The notes: generated by a model not told the origin, from the sequence alone. 64,000 bases of DNA from an uncultured Chlamydiae bacterium (GCA_963713615.1 CAVQMM010000001.1:3840877-3904876), one strand, 5' to 3'. Counted from the first letter of the stretch, positions 41,039-51,035 are shown. Translations and numbers: made by a program.

Positions 41039-41926
41039 TTACTCCACATTTTGAAGCTGTTCGCGAATTCGCTCCAACTCAGCTTTTATTTCCACCACGA
41101 CTTGGGAAGCGGCATAATCAGCACTCTTAGAACCCACTGTATTGATCTCTCTATGCAGTTCTTGCAGAATGAAATCCAGAGTTTTACCTACAGAAGGTTT
41201 GTCGGATTGCATCGTTGCATCAAACTGCTCTAAATGGGAGCGAAATCGTGTTAGCTCCTCCGAGATGTCTACGCGATCGGCAAAAACACAAACCTCACGG
41301 AGGAGGCGCTCCTCATTTTCTATGGCATCCGGCAGCAGTTCCTGAAGGCGTGTCATGAGGCGCTGTCGGTATTTTTCTGTGGCCTCGCCGGAACGCCCGC
41401 TGATGACTTCGATTGACGCTCTAAGTGCAGCCGACCTTGCCGAGATATCTCGCTGTAACGCCTCGCCTTCTTGCCTTCTCATAGCCAGAAAGCTTTCCAG
41501 AGCTTGCGTAACAGCATCCTGGAGTGCCACCAGATAGATGTGGTCACCGGTTACATCGCACTCGTAGCGGGTAATATCTTCGTTCTTAGCTAAGATCTGT
41601 ATTAGATCGGCATCTTCAACAGTCACACCCACCGCTTGACCGAGCTCCTGCCATACCGTACATAGCTGCCTGGCTAAATGAAGATTTGGCACAGCTCGCA
41701 AGGGGGCGCTTGCTTCAAAAAATGCCTGCACACGTACCATCACCTGGCCACGCCCTACGGCATTCCCTATCCAGCGTCTGATTTCCATTTCAAAATGCGC
41801 TAATTCGGGAGGCAGCACTACAGAGACTTCGAGGAAACGACGGTTAACGGATTGTACCTCGACCACCAAACGACCAAAAGCGGTTACAAGGCAAGCTCGG
41901 CCATAGGCCGTCATACTGCTGAGCAT
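41039..41926 (-). CDS. yicC: YicC/YloC family endoribonuclease
   Basis: SMTAYG, SVNRRFL, DISEELTR, QELHREINTVGSK and REQLQNVE motifs. Confidence 0.92.
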   Translation of the reverse strand: MLSSMTAYGRACLVTAFGRLVVEVQSVNRRFLEVSVVLPPELAHFEMEIRRWIGNAVGRGQVMVRVQAFFEASAPLRAVPNLHLARQLCTVWQELGQAVGVTVEDADLIQILAKNEDITRYECDVTGDHIYLVALQDAVTQALESFLAMRRQEGEALQRDISARSAALRASIEVISGRSGEATEKYRQRLMTRLQELLPDAIENEERLLREVCVFADRVDISEELTRFRSHLEQFDATMQSDKPSVGKTLDFILQELHREINTVGSKSADYAASQVVVEIKAELERIREQLQNVE

Positions 41927-41969
41927 CTGTTGTTTAGCTTTGCTGTAAGGTAAAAGATCTCTTGAGATG

Positions 41970-41998
41970 ATTGTACCTCAACGCCCTCTAAATGTCAA
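41970..41998 (-). promoter_or_regulatory. Sigma66/70 promoter of yicC-gmk-rpoZ-metG
   Basis: TTGACA-N17-TACAAT. Confidence 0.75.
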
Positions 41999-42351
41999 GG
42001 TACTGGAGACAGGAAAAAAATGTTGAATTGCGGGAGCCTTCGCGTGGGACCAAGTCCAAATTTGTGACCGTTTGGAGTATATATCCTTCTATTTCTGGCA
42101 TATACATGTCACCCCCTCACAAATTTGACGATTAATTCAGCATAATGGTATGTGTCCAAACTGTGGCCAGATACCAAATCGAAACGGCCACTCACAGTGT
42201 CACAACTGACCCAAGCGAGAGCGATATCGGGTAGATGTGCTTCAAATGACTCTTGTATAAGAGCCGCCAAACTTTCTCTTCACCCAGGTCTTAATAACGT
42301 AATCGCCCCTTGACGGGTGCTTTGTTCAAGAACCAATGGAAGGAGAATGAT

Positions 42352-42939
42352 ATGAAGAAGGTAGTATTCGGACTAGCGAAGAGTGCCGCTGATGCTGACA
42401 GAATGGTGTCTGCATTGCAGCGAGCTGGCTTTCGAAACGATGAAATCTCGGTATTGCTTTCTGAAGAGAAAGGAGCTGTGCATTTCAGAGAAGGGACAGA
42501 CGTTGGCGAATTTGAAGGACCCTCTACAACTTCTCGCAAAAAAGGTTCATTAGGGACCGAAAAGCATACCAAAGCTCCTGAAGGCGGTGTCACTGGCGCT
42601 ACGGCAGGGGGCATCATTGGAGGCTCCATTGGCCTGCTTTTAGGTGTAGGTTCCTTGGCAATACCAGGTCTTGGCATTTTCATCGCTGCAGGACCTATCG
42701 TTGCTGCCTTGAGTGGTAGCGCAGTCGGTGGTGCTGTCGGCTTGTTGTTAGGAACTCTTGTTGGCATGGGTATTCCTGAATATGAAGCAAAAAAATATGA
42801 AGACAATCTGAAGAATGGCGGCGTGCTTCTTTGCGTTCATGCCAAAAATTCCGATCAGATTGAAACAGCTAAAAATATTCTTAAGAAAGAGCGTGCTACA
42901 GATATTTCAACCTCGCATGAAAAAGCAGGCACACGCTAG
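42352..42939 (+). CDS. General-stress / DUF3341-like glycine-zipper membrane protein
   Basis: GFRNDEISVL, glycine zipper GATAGGIIGG, and GIPEYEAKKYE; AAGGAG RBS. Confidence 0.75.
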   Translation: MKKVVFGLAKSAADADRMVSALQRAGFRNDEISVLLSEEKGAVHFREGTDVGEFEGPSTTSRKKGSLGTEKHTKAPEGGVTGATAGGIIGGSIGLLLGVGSLAIPGLGIFIAAGPIVAALSGSAVGGAVGLLLGTLVGMGIPEYEAKKYEDNLKNGGVLLCVHAKNSDQIETAKNILKKERATDISTSHEKAGTR

Positions 42940-42988
42940 TTAAGGCTGGCGTTGGAGCAAGCAAGATGCATTATTATTAACAATCAAA

Positions 42989-44197
42989 ATGACGGTGTCT
43001 AAAATGAGCATATATAAGATGTTATGTGTGGCTTTAATAGCCGGTAGTACTTCCTTGGTAGGTTTTACAGATACTTCTCAAAGTCCAAAAGATGACGGCG
43101 ATACTGGACCCAGCGGGAGCAGTGGTAGCTGGACATCGGATCAGTCATCTGGTAGAGGTGTAGAAGATGACAACGACAACAACAGTAATGGCCAGTATTT
43201 AGGCCGAGACCAAGCCAACAATCAGAGAAACTCTGACCGGGGTGGCTACTATTATCAGCAAAATCAAGCTGCTGATCAGGAAACAGGTCGTTATACAGGT
43301 GATAACAAGGCTGACGACCGGTATCAAAATCAAGCTGCCGATCAGGAAACAGGTCGCTACCAAGGTGATAACAGGGCTGACGGCCGATATCAGCAAAATC
43401 AAACTGCTGATCAGCAAGCAGGTCGCTATCAAGGTGATAACAGAGCTAACGACCGTTATCCACAAGGTAGTAATGATAACCGAGATGACCGCCGTTATCG
43501 CGGTTATGGTCGTTCAGATGACTATGCAAATAATGACAATGAGGGACGCTTTAGACACAATCGAGCCTATGGACGTGGCTTCGGTTGTGGTGGTCAATCT
43601 TGTGGGAACTTAGGCGGTTGCAGCTCTTGCACACCCTACTATTCCGCAGGTTGCTACCGGGATGAGGGTTCCTACAGAGGGCATTATGGTCATCGCTGGA
43701 ACATGCAAGGCGCTCGAAACCAAAACAATAACTACCGACATGGATGGAACGATAACCAACAACAAAATAATGACTACCGACATGCACGGAACGATAACCA
43801 ACAACAAAATAACAACCAGTTTCAGACTGCACGGTTGAACCAGAATCAACAACAAAATCGACAAAACCAGCAGCAGATAGCCTTAAACGATGCTCAAGGC
43901 AACAGCAGTCAAAATGCTAATCAACCACGCAACGCGATGAATAGATCTCAGAACAACAACGGTGACAATCAAGCTATGATGGATCCAAATCGTAAACTAG
44001 CAGACAAAGTGCGTGTGATACTGAACAGGGACAGCTCGCTTTCTCCAAGCGCATTGCATGTTCAGATCATTGCCGACAACGGCGCTGTTACTCTGAACGG
44101 TGTTGTTGAGAATGACGCTGAAAAAAGCAAAGTAGAATCACTTGTGAAGAGAGTTGATGGCGTGAAGAGTGTCACCAACAACCTGACGACTAAATAG
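42989..44197 (+). CDS. Exported N/Q/D/G-rich protein with C-terminal BON domain
   Basis: Signal peptide, internal repeats, Cys cluster and VTLNGVV..VDGVKSVTNNL BON motif. Confidence 0.85.
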   Translation: MTVSKMSIYKMLCVALIAGSTSLVGFTDTSQSPKDDGDTGPSGSSGSWTSDQSSGRGVEDDNDNNSNGQYLGRDQANNQRNSDRGGYYYQQNQAADQETGRYTGDNKADDRYQNQAADQETGRYQGDNRADGRYQQNQTADQQAGRYQGDNRANDRYPQGSNDNRDDRRYRGYGRSDDYANNDNEGRFRHNRAYGRGFGCGGQSCGNLGGCSSCTPYYSAGCYRDEGSYRGHYGHRWNMQGARNQNNNYRHGWNDNQQQNNDYRHARNDNQQQNNNQFQTARLNQNQQQNRQNQQQIALNDAQGNSSQNANQPRNAMNRSQNNNGDNQAMMDPNRKLADKVRVILNRDSSLSPSALHVQIIADNGAVTLNGVVENDAEKSKVESLVKRVDGVKSVTNNLTTK

Positions 44198-44212
44198 GTC
44201 AAGGAGGTCGTC

Positions 44213-44398
44213 GTGGGATTGATTCTATTAATTGTGTTGATTGTATTGCTGATAGGAGCCATGCCAACCTGGCCCTACAGTGCAGGTTGGGGATATCACC
44301 CCAGTGGCGTCCTGTTGGTACTGTTACTGATTCTTGTGGCTCTAATTTTATCGGGGCATGTTGTCGTGCTCCATCCAAATCCAACCGTTAACCCCTAA
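44213..44398 (+). CDS. DUF3309-like small membrane protein
   Basis: LIGAMPTWPYSAGWGYHPSG motif and AAGGAGG RBS. Confidence 0.85.
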   Translation: MGLILLIVLIVLLIGAMPTWPYSAGWGYHPSGVLLVLLLILVALILSGHVVVLHPNPTVNP

Positions 44399-44410
44399 AG
44401 GGAGAGTATC

Positions 44411-44719
44411 ATGAATAAAGATCAACTTAAGGGACAGTGGAACCAAGTAAAAGGTAAGATCAAAGAAAAATGGGGCAAACTGACCGACGATGAGGTTAGC
44501 CAAATCAACGGTCAATACGAACAGCTCATTGGCAAGCTCCAAGAGCGTTATGGCTACAAAAAAGAGAAAGCCGAAGAAGAACTTCGCAACTGGCGGGTTG
44601 AGGCTGACAAGGCCCATGCTGACAAGGCCCATGCTGACAAGGCCCATGCTGGCCACGAAAAAGCTGGCACTTCGCGCGATGTGGGGTCTCGCGATAGACC
44701 CTCCAAAGATAATCGCTAG
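44411..44719 (+). CDS. CsbD-family general stress protein
   Basis: DQLKGQWNQVKGKIKEKWGKLTDD..GKLQERYG; 15-bp x3 repeat in the tail. Confidence 0.9.
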   Translation: MNKDQLKGQWNQVKGKIKEKWGKLTDDEVSQINGQYEQLIGKLQERYGYKKEKAEEELRNWRVEADKAHADKAHADKAHAGHEKAGTSRDVGSRDRPSKDNR

Positions 44720-44731
44720 TCCAAGCGATAT

Positions 44732-44762
44732 GTCGCCCGGCTTGTCCGGGCGACCCTTCTTC
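44732..44762 (+). terminator. Hairpin after csbD-like gene
   Basis: GTCGCCCGG-CTTGT-CCGGGCGAC followed by a weak T tract. Confidence 0.5.
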
Positions 44763-44858
44763 ACAACAGTCTCTCATTCGCGATGAGCTGTTCTCAACAC
44801 TTATCGTCCCGTCAAGGTTTTGTGCGTGATTACTAACGTTCAACATGGCGGTGTGCAA

Positions 44859-45596
44859 ATGAGAATATGTAAAATATTGAGTGTAGCTTTGATAGCTACG
44901 GCTACTTCGCTGGTCGCAGCAGACTCGCAGAGTAGCAGTCCAAATCCCAGCCAGAATAAAGCTGATTCACGAGGAGCTCGCGGCGTTCAAGGCGATGACT
45001 CCGCGCAGGATCAAAACGCCCGTGGACAAAATGTGCGTGATGATGGCTCGTCACGTAATAACATGGGCAGAGGTTATGGATGCGGCAGGGGATGCGGCTG
45101 TGGGGGGCACTATGGTAATTCCTCTGAGCGTCATGGGGGTTATTATGGTCAAAACGATAACTTACAACCTGCGCGTCAAGTACAGCAAACGGCTAGAACG
45201 GATGTGCTGAACAGACTAAATGCGAACACTCAATACGGTCAAAACCAGAACCAACAACAGAACCAGCAACAGACGGCTTTAAGCGACCAACAAAGCGATG
45301 AGCAAGGTTTCAGAGGGAATCAGCAGCAGGTGCTAGCTGACGATCAACAAGACCAGCCAGCTGCTGTGAGGTCGGAACCCGACCGCATTCTAGCTGAAAA
45401 GGTAACTTCAGCCCTGCAGAGTGATTCGACACTATCGCCCAGTGCGAGCCGTGTTCAGGTTATAGCGGATGCTGAGGAAGGCAAAGTAACCCTCACTGGC
45501 ACCGTCGCCACAGCATCAGAAAAGACACAAATCGAATCCATTACTCGTCGTGTTGATGGTGTCAGGAGTGTATTCAATAATCTGACCATAAAATAG
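44859..45596 (+). CDS. Second exported Q-rich BON-domain protein (paralog of 42989..44197)
   Basis: Signal peptide, GRGYGCGRGCGCGG, and DSTLSPSA..VTLTG..VDGVRSVFNNL. Confidence 0.85.
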   Translation: MRICKILSVALIATATSLVAADSQSSSPNPSQNKADSRGARGVQGDDSAQDQNARGQNVRDDGSSRNNMGRGYGCGRGCGCGGHYGNSSERHGGYYGQNDNLQPARQVQQTARTDVLNRLNANTQYGQNQNQQQNQQQTALSDQQSDEQGFRGNQQQVLADDQQDQPAAVRSEPDRILAEKVTSALQSDSTLSPSASRVQVIADAEEGKVTLTGTVATASEKTQIESITRRVDGVRSVFNNLTIK

Positions 45597-45671
45597 AAAT
45601 CGATGTGTTTAGAATAGTCCTTCAGGGATTCTGGAGGACATTTTTTAATAATAGTCACTATGGAGGTGGTC

Positions 45672-46212
45672 ATGAGAAATAATACGATCAGCATCGAATC
45701 TCTCTTTGCAGATGAGCTTAAGGATGTCCTGAATGCTGAGCAGCAAATCCTCAAGGCATTGCCAAATGTCATTAAAGCTGCGCAATCGCCAGATCTAGTA
45801 GATGCCTTGAAGACGCATCTAGAGGAGACCAGAGGACAGGTCGATCGACTAGAACAAATTTTCGGATCTTTAGACATTAGTGGAGGTAGAGAGACCTGTC
45901 AGGCGAGGTAGAGAGACCTGTCAGGCTATGAAGGGTCTTATTGCGGAATGTGATGAAGTGATTGAAAACTATCCCAAATCGGCCGTGCGGGATGCCGCTT
46001 TGATCTCTAAATGTCAACGCATTGAGCATTATGAAATCTCTGCCTATGGGACTTTGAGAACTTTTGCTAAGGAGTTGGGATTTAGTGACGCTGCTAAGCT
46101 TCTTAAAGAGACCTTGGATGAAGAATCTAATGCTGACAAGACTTTGACGAAAATTGCTGAAGGCGGCTTATTAAGTTCTGGAGTAAACCAAGAAGCGCAT
46201 CGTGTAAAGTAA
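45672..46212 (+). pseudogene. yciF: YciF/DUF892 ferritin-like protein, frameshifted by a 22-bp tandem duplication
   Basis: ELKDVLNAEQQ..HLEETRGQVDRLEQIF and AMKGLI..RIEHYEISAYGTL..EESNAD lie in two frames; duplication at 45883-45926. Confidence 0.88.
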
Positions 46213-46288
46213 TCTGGATTTAATGACTTCATGCGTATGGTTAAAATAGAATAAATAGTATTTAAAAATAAAAATTACACCACACGCG

Positions 46289-46329
46289 AAAGAGAGGGGG
46301 CCGCTCCTACCTAGGAGCGGCTCTTTTTG
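46289..46329. terminator. Terminator hairpin between convergent genes
   Basis: GCCGCTCCTA-CC-TAGGAGCGGC followed by TCTTTTT. Confidence 0.7.
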
Positions 46330-46331
46330 CT

Positions 46332-47783
46332 TCATACTGGCATCACAGGGATGATGATAGCGCCGTCTTTTGTATAATGAATTTCTCCCCAAGAGGTCTC
46401 AACCTTTTTGTGGCTGCGTGGGGCAGAATAGTCGCCGATGATTTGACCAAAATCTACGCGTTCACGATAGTCACAGGGCGAAGGTATATCGTGAATGGGC
46501 TGTCCCTTGCCGGCAAATTTTTTGAGTAGTCCATTAGCATCGTGATGGGTGAATGTGCACCGGTTGCCTTTGCGCTTTCCTGATGCCACGATTCCCTGGC
46601 GTTTTTGATCTATGATGGCGTTCTCAAAATAGCTACAGCGTTTGGCAAAGTGATCCGACGCTGCAACCTTCAGAAATTCTTCGTCAGTAGTCATGGCCTC
46701 AAAAAGGCATGTAGCATTCGCTTCGTGGAGAGTTCTTTGTATTTGAGCTCCTTGTAACGTCAGAGGCAAGCTGAAGATCTCTACTCCATATTTGCTAAGG
46801 AGCTGCCCCAAGGCTAATCCTCGATCTTGTTCGGTCATTTTGCTGAAGTTTCGGTGCAAATGGCGAAGGTTCGGATCACAGACTTCTAGTTCACTAGGGG
46901 AGGATGTTTTCGGAATGGTGGCAATAACCGCTTGTAGGCAGGCGTTAGCAAAATGGTTCATCGCATAAGTAGGTATATCAGTGGTTCGCCATAGGATTTG
47001 ATTGATTCCTCGTAGTGAATAGCAGCGTGAAGAGATGAAGCTGCCGTTAAGCGATTTTCTAAGGCCTATTTGTAACCCGCTAGCGAATTCTGGAGATGCC
47101 TTCAGAGGCATGTTTGCTAGTTGTTCGGCTTTCTCGGACTTCAAGAAGTCAGACAAGGCATCGTCATAGGCTCCGGATTCAAAATGCGCCACCGCTCGAT
47201 GGTACAGGGCTTCCTTGTCAGCGGTATTAGATAATACAGTAATAGCTTTGGAGTAGTCTAACAGGGTGTTATGCGACGCTGCAAGCATAAGGCGTACTTC
47301 GGCATCTACAGCGCTGGTGCCTGCACAATAGGCTGTAAGATCGCAGGCGCAACCTGCGTAGTCACCATTGTCATAGCGGAGATGCCCACGTCCAAGATAG
47401 GCTCCTGTATGCCTATGTTTGCTGAGACACTCTGTATACAGGGCATCAAACGCATTGGAGATGTCTTGCCATCCCTGCAGCAAGATGTCAGTTCCGGGTG
47501 CTTCACAGTAGGCTAAAAATTCCTTCAGCACCTTAGATAGGTCGGAATAGGTGTTTTTGTAGAGAACCTGCTTGTGTGCGAGCTCGCGCGGCCGTGAGGT
47601 ATAGGTCTGCCGAAAGAGACGTCCTCCGGCCTTATCGGCTTCGTAAAGGGCGTTTGCGACACGGTCTTGCGCTGCATAAATTTGCTGACCATGCTGCGTA
47701 CAGAATTTGGTCGCTGCAGCTAGGGGGGGAAAGCAACCTATCGCGCTTGCTAGAAACCACACAAAGATCCGGTATTTCATCAT
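46332..47783 (-). CDS. Exported TPR-like protein with C-terminal Ntox50-like domain
   Basis: Signal peptide; TPR-like AYLGRG and ALYHRAVAHFESGAYDDALSDF; tip LLKKFAGKGQ..RERVDFGQIIG..IHYTKDGAIIIP. Confidence 0.7.
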   Translation of the reverse strand: MMKYRIFVWFLASAIGCFPPLAAATKFCTQHGQQIYAAQDRVANALYEADKAGGRLFRQTYTSRPRELAHKQVLYKNTYSDLSKVLKEFLAYCEAPGTDILLQGWQDISNAFDALYTECLSKHRHTGAYLGRGHLRYDNGDYAGCACDLTAYCAGTSAVDAEVRLMLAASHNTLLDYSKAITVLSNTADKEALYHRAVAHFESGAYDDALSDFLKSEKAEQLANMPLKASPEFASGLQIGLRKSLNGSFISSRCYSLRGINQILWRTTDIPTYAMNHFANACLQAVIATIPKTSSPSELEVCDPNLRHLHRNFSKMTEQDRGLALGQLLSKYGVEIFSLPLTLQGAQIQRTLHEANATCLFEAMTTDEEFLKVAASDHFAKRCSYFENAIIDQKRQGIVASGKRKGNRCTFTHHDANGLLKKFAGKGQPIHDIPSPCDYRERVDFGQIIGDYSAPRSHKKVETSWGEIHYTKDGAIIIPVMPV

Positions 47784-47803
47784 ACAATCCCTCGAGTCGT
47801 GTT

Positions 47804-49633
47804 TTAGACATGTGCAACGTCGCTATCACCCATAGGCATACCTTGAGGGAAATAGCTATCCCACCTTTGGGTAACCAGCGCATGTGTCGCCGCATCGCAA
47901 GAGACGATATCGGGGTAGCGAGGTTTAATACGCGCATCGATAAGAATGGGTCCTTGATAGCAGAGATGGTGTCGATAGACCCTTGGGGAGTATCCATGAA
48001 TATCTGCTGCAGGCTCAAAGCGCGTAAACACGGTCCATAGAAATGCCTCTGTGGTTTTAGTTGCGCTTTCCACATCATCGACAAAGATAATGAGCGGCCA
48101 TTTTTCCAAAGCCGGTTGTTGAAGGACTAAGTCGTAGTCGCTGAATTCGGTGTAGGGTGGAGCCTGTATCACCAAGCAGCCAGGGCAAAAAACCTTTACT
48201 TTGGCAAAGGGGCCTATTAAGGGTCCGCTCAAGGTGTCGGGTAGGTCACGCACCTTTTCTCCCACCCCCAACATCACGCCACGAGAACCTTTATTGAGTT
48301 CCGGGCCTGAATAATCTAGGGTGTCCAGAGAGAGGTTAGCAAAGACGAAGAGGTCAGTTTCGGGTTTAAATCGCTCTAAAACCGTTATGAGAGTCGTTTT
48401 GAAGTCTTCCAGGTTTACGGACTGGTCGGTCAACAGCAGAAACTTGGTTAGAGAGAGTTGGCCTTCGCCCAGAATGCGAAAGGCGGAAGCCATGCATTCG
48501 CGGTAGTATCGCTCGCGCACTACAGCGGCGGAGAGTGCATGAAACCCTGTTTCACCATAGCTCCAGAGGTCTTTAACGCCTGGCATCACCACAGGAAATA
48601 GTGGTGATAGCATCTTTTGGAGGTAGTTGCCCAGGTAAAAATCCTCTTGGCGCGGTTTACCGACGACAGTGGCGGGATAGATGGCATCCTTGCGATGGTA
48701 AACCGCCTGACAGTTGAATACTGGAAATTCATGTTCTAGGCTGTAATAGCCGTAGTGGTCTCCAAAAGGGCCTTCCAGCCGGCGATGATGGGGTTGTGCT
48801 TCACCAATTAGAGCAAACTCACATTCACTCACAATAGGATAGTGGTTATAACTGTTGCCGCATACCCGCAGCTTTTCCCCTTGGAGTAATGAGCAGAGGA
48901 GCAGCTCAGGAACATTCTCTGGCAATGGGGTGAGAGCACTAAGCATGAGGGCAGGCGGACCACCAATCATAATGTTCACGGGAAGCGCCTGATTGCGTTG
49001 CTCAGCCTGGTGATAGTGGAAGCCGCCGCCTTTGGCGATCTGCCAATGCAATCCACAGGTGCGGTTGTCATATCGTTGGATGCGGTAGATACCCAGATTG
49101 GCAGGGCCTCCGTCAATGGGCTCGGTATAGACCAGTGGCAAGGTGATAAAGTGTCCTCCATCCATAGGCCAACTTTTGAGCATGGGGAGACTGTCCAGGT
49201 TGGGACTGGTCTGCTGAGTTTCGAGAACAGGCGCATATTTGCGTCGCCGAAATCCGAGCTTTAGAAGCTTCTTGAGGTTGCTTCGATGACTCCATAGGGT
49301 TTTCAGGGAGGGGGGGAAGTCGCGAGTCGCCAGGTGAATCATCTGAGCAATGAAATCTTCAGGACGATTGTTAAAAGCGAGGGCAACGCGCTCGGATGAC
49401 CCAAAGAGATTGGTGACAACTGGAAAAGAACTGTTTTTGACGCGATGGAAAAGGAGTGCTGGGCCATTCGCTGCAGCGACACGGCGATGGATTTCGGCGA
49501 TTTCAAGGTTAGAGTCGACTTCTGAGTGAATATCGACGATCGCTTTATGATGGCGCAGAGAGTCAATGAATTGGCGAAGATTGGTCGCTGGTGTAGCTGT
49601 AGACATAATGGCTTCCATGTGTATTGATACCAA
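47804..49633 (-). CDS. ubiD: UbiD-family decarboxylase (probably menaquinone/futalosine pathway)
   Basis: GPALLF, VVTNLFGS, DGGHFITLP, EGPFGDHYGYY and ATVVGKP motifs; start may be 49618 or 49606. Confidence 0.9.
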   Translation of the reverse strand: MVSIHMEAIMSTATPATNLRQFIDSLRHHKAIVDIHSEVDSNLEIAEIHRRVAAANGPALLFHRVKNSSFPVVTNLFGSSERVALAFNNRPEDFIAQMIHLATRDFPPSLKTLWSHRSNLKKLLKLGFRRRKYAPVLETQQTSPNLDSLPMLKSWPMDGGHFITLPLVYTEPIDGGPANLGIYRIQRYDNRTCGLHWQIAKGGGFHYHQAEQRNQALPVNIMIGGPPALMLSALTPLPENVPELLLCSLLQGEKLRVCGNSYNHYPIVSECEFALIGEAQPHHRRLEGPFGDHYGYYSLEHEFPVFNCQAVYHRKDAIYPATVVGKPRQEDFYLGNYLQKMLSPLFPVVMPGVKDLWSYGETGFHALSAAVVRERYYRECMASAFRILGEGQLSLTKFLLLTDQSVNLEDFKTTLITVLERFKPETDLFVFANLSLDTLDYSGPELNKGSRGVMLGVGEKVRDLPDTLSGPLIGPFAKVKVFCPGCLVIQAPPYTEFSDYDLVLQQPALEKWPLIIFVDDVESATKTTEAFLWTVFTRFEPAADIHGYSPRVYRHHLCYQGPILIDARIKPRYPDIVSCDAATHALVTQRWDSYFPQGMPMGDSDVAHV

Positions 49634-49728
49634 ATATTTCCAAAGACAGTATCACAAAGATAGCAATTCGCGGAACAAATTCGAGGGGCTTTTTTCTACG
49701 CAGAAGGTGTAGTGCGTGGTTGGGCTAT

Positions 49729-50533
49729 GGACAAACTGGACTGATTGGACAAAATGAGGTAATTGCCAAATTATTTGGGCTCTCATGGATCGATTCTTTG
49801 AAAAAAAAATCACTTTTTTTTGTGAGAAGGCGATTCTGGAGAGCTTAAGTGGTATGGCACTATCCAATCTGGAAAGACAGGCTTTTCTCCCTTCCCAGGC
49901 CCGAAGGGTCGATATTGCAACAGGCCATGGCATCGCCATGGTATATGCCAGGAAGGGATTTCGCAGTCTGAAGGACTGCTACAAGACGCCAGTTTACAAA
50001 CACCATTTATGCATGCGCTTTATGGCAGCCCTACAGGCTGCTAAAACCGTTTTGGCATATACCATGGCGATGCCACATAGGCCTCAACCTAAGCCTAACA
50101 ATCGTATCTCGGCGCGCAGCGCTTTGGAGTGCGGTCGCTTGCGACCGCTTTGGGTTCCTTGCGACGGTCGTGTGCAACGGCATCACTATAATTCCCTAAG
50201 GGTAAAATAGTTAGTACATGCAGCCTTCGACGAATCCATACAATGCCGTTTAGCATTGCCGTCCCAAGGAACGAAAAGCGGTCGCAAGCGACCGCACTCC
50301 AAAGCGCTGCGCGCCGAGATACGATTGTGAAGTCCTAAGTCATTGAGATATAAGCTCAAAAGACCTGTTAGGTTGAGGCCTATGTGGCGATGCCATGGCC
50401 TGTTGCAATATCGACCCTTCGGGCCTGGGAAGGGAATGACTCTCTCTTCACCGGCATCCGATTTTCAGGAAATTGACTTCGGAAAATCGGACTTCTGCAA
50501 TTACCTCCTTATGTCCTTTTTGTCCTTTAGTCC
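49729..50533. repeat. Nested palindromic element family A, copy A5 (core b plus 148-bp module)
   Basis: GAGGTAATTG 49756 to GCAATTACCTC 50507 (752 bp) with five nested IR layers. Confidence 0.93.
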
Positions 50534-50549
50534 ATCCGCGTGAGCTCTT

Positions 50550-50623
50550 AAAAAAAAAATAGCTCTGCAGATTGGCCCCAACCCTTGCCATATGAACGCA
50601 GGTTTAAGGACAATTTGCAGAGC
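50550..50623 (-). terminator. Long hairpin plus T tract after rpmB
   Basis: GCTCTGCAAATTG..CAATCTGCAGAGC followed by A and a T-run on the minus strand. Confidence 0.55.
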
Positions 50624-50643
50624 CGCAGAAAGATGGGAACTTG

Positions 50644-50919
50644 TTATATGTGGGCTTGTTGCGTGTGTAGCTTACGCAACACAGGTCCAATGCCACATTT
50701 GTCGATGGTACGAAGAGCTGCCACGGACAAACGCATACGTACGAAGCGCTTTTCCTCCGGTATCCAAACTCTCTTCTTTACCAGATTGGGTTGGAAACGC
50801 CGCTTAGTCTTACCAGTAACCTTAAGACCAATGCCCTTTTGCTTCTTGGCGATACCACGAATGGCATACTTATAACCACGGCTCGGCTTCTTTCCTGTAA
50901 TATCACACTGTTTTGCCAT
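50644..50919 (-). CDS. rpmB: 50S ribosomal protein L28
   Basis: [10 protein letters not shown], chlamydial-type [11 protein letters not shown] insert, and TKRRFQPNL. Confidence 0.95.
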   Translation of the reverse strand: MAKQCDITGKKPSRGYKYAIRGIAKKQKGIGLKVTGKTKRRFQPNLVKKRVWIPEEKRFVRMRLSVAALRTIDKCGIGPVLRKLHTQQAHI

Positions 50920-51035
50920 TTGTCGCTCCAATAGCACACGTCTTTAAATGAAAGTAGTAGGATAACAGGATACCGCATATTACGCAAGGGTCTTGTCTGT
51001 ATACTTAGAGACACCTACTCAAGAGTATGCGTAGG

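Noticed and set aside
42090..42112. Sigma54 promoter for the stress cluster (CTGGCATATACATGTC)
   Set aside because: The -12 TTGC element is absent, so the match is too weak.
44603..44650. 15-bp x3 repeat in the csbD-like gene as a phase-variation switch
   Set aside because: The unit is in frame (ADKAH) and only changes tail length.
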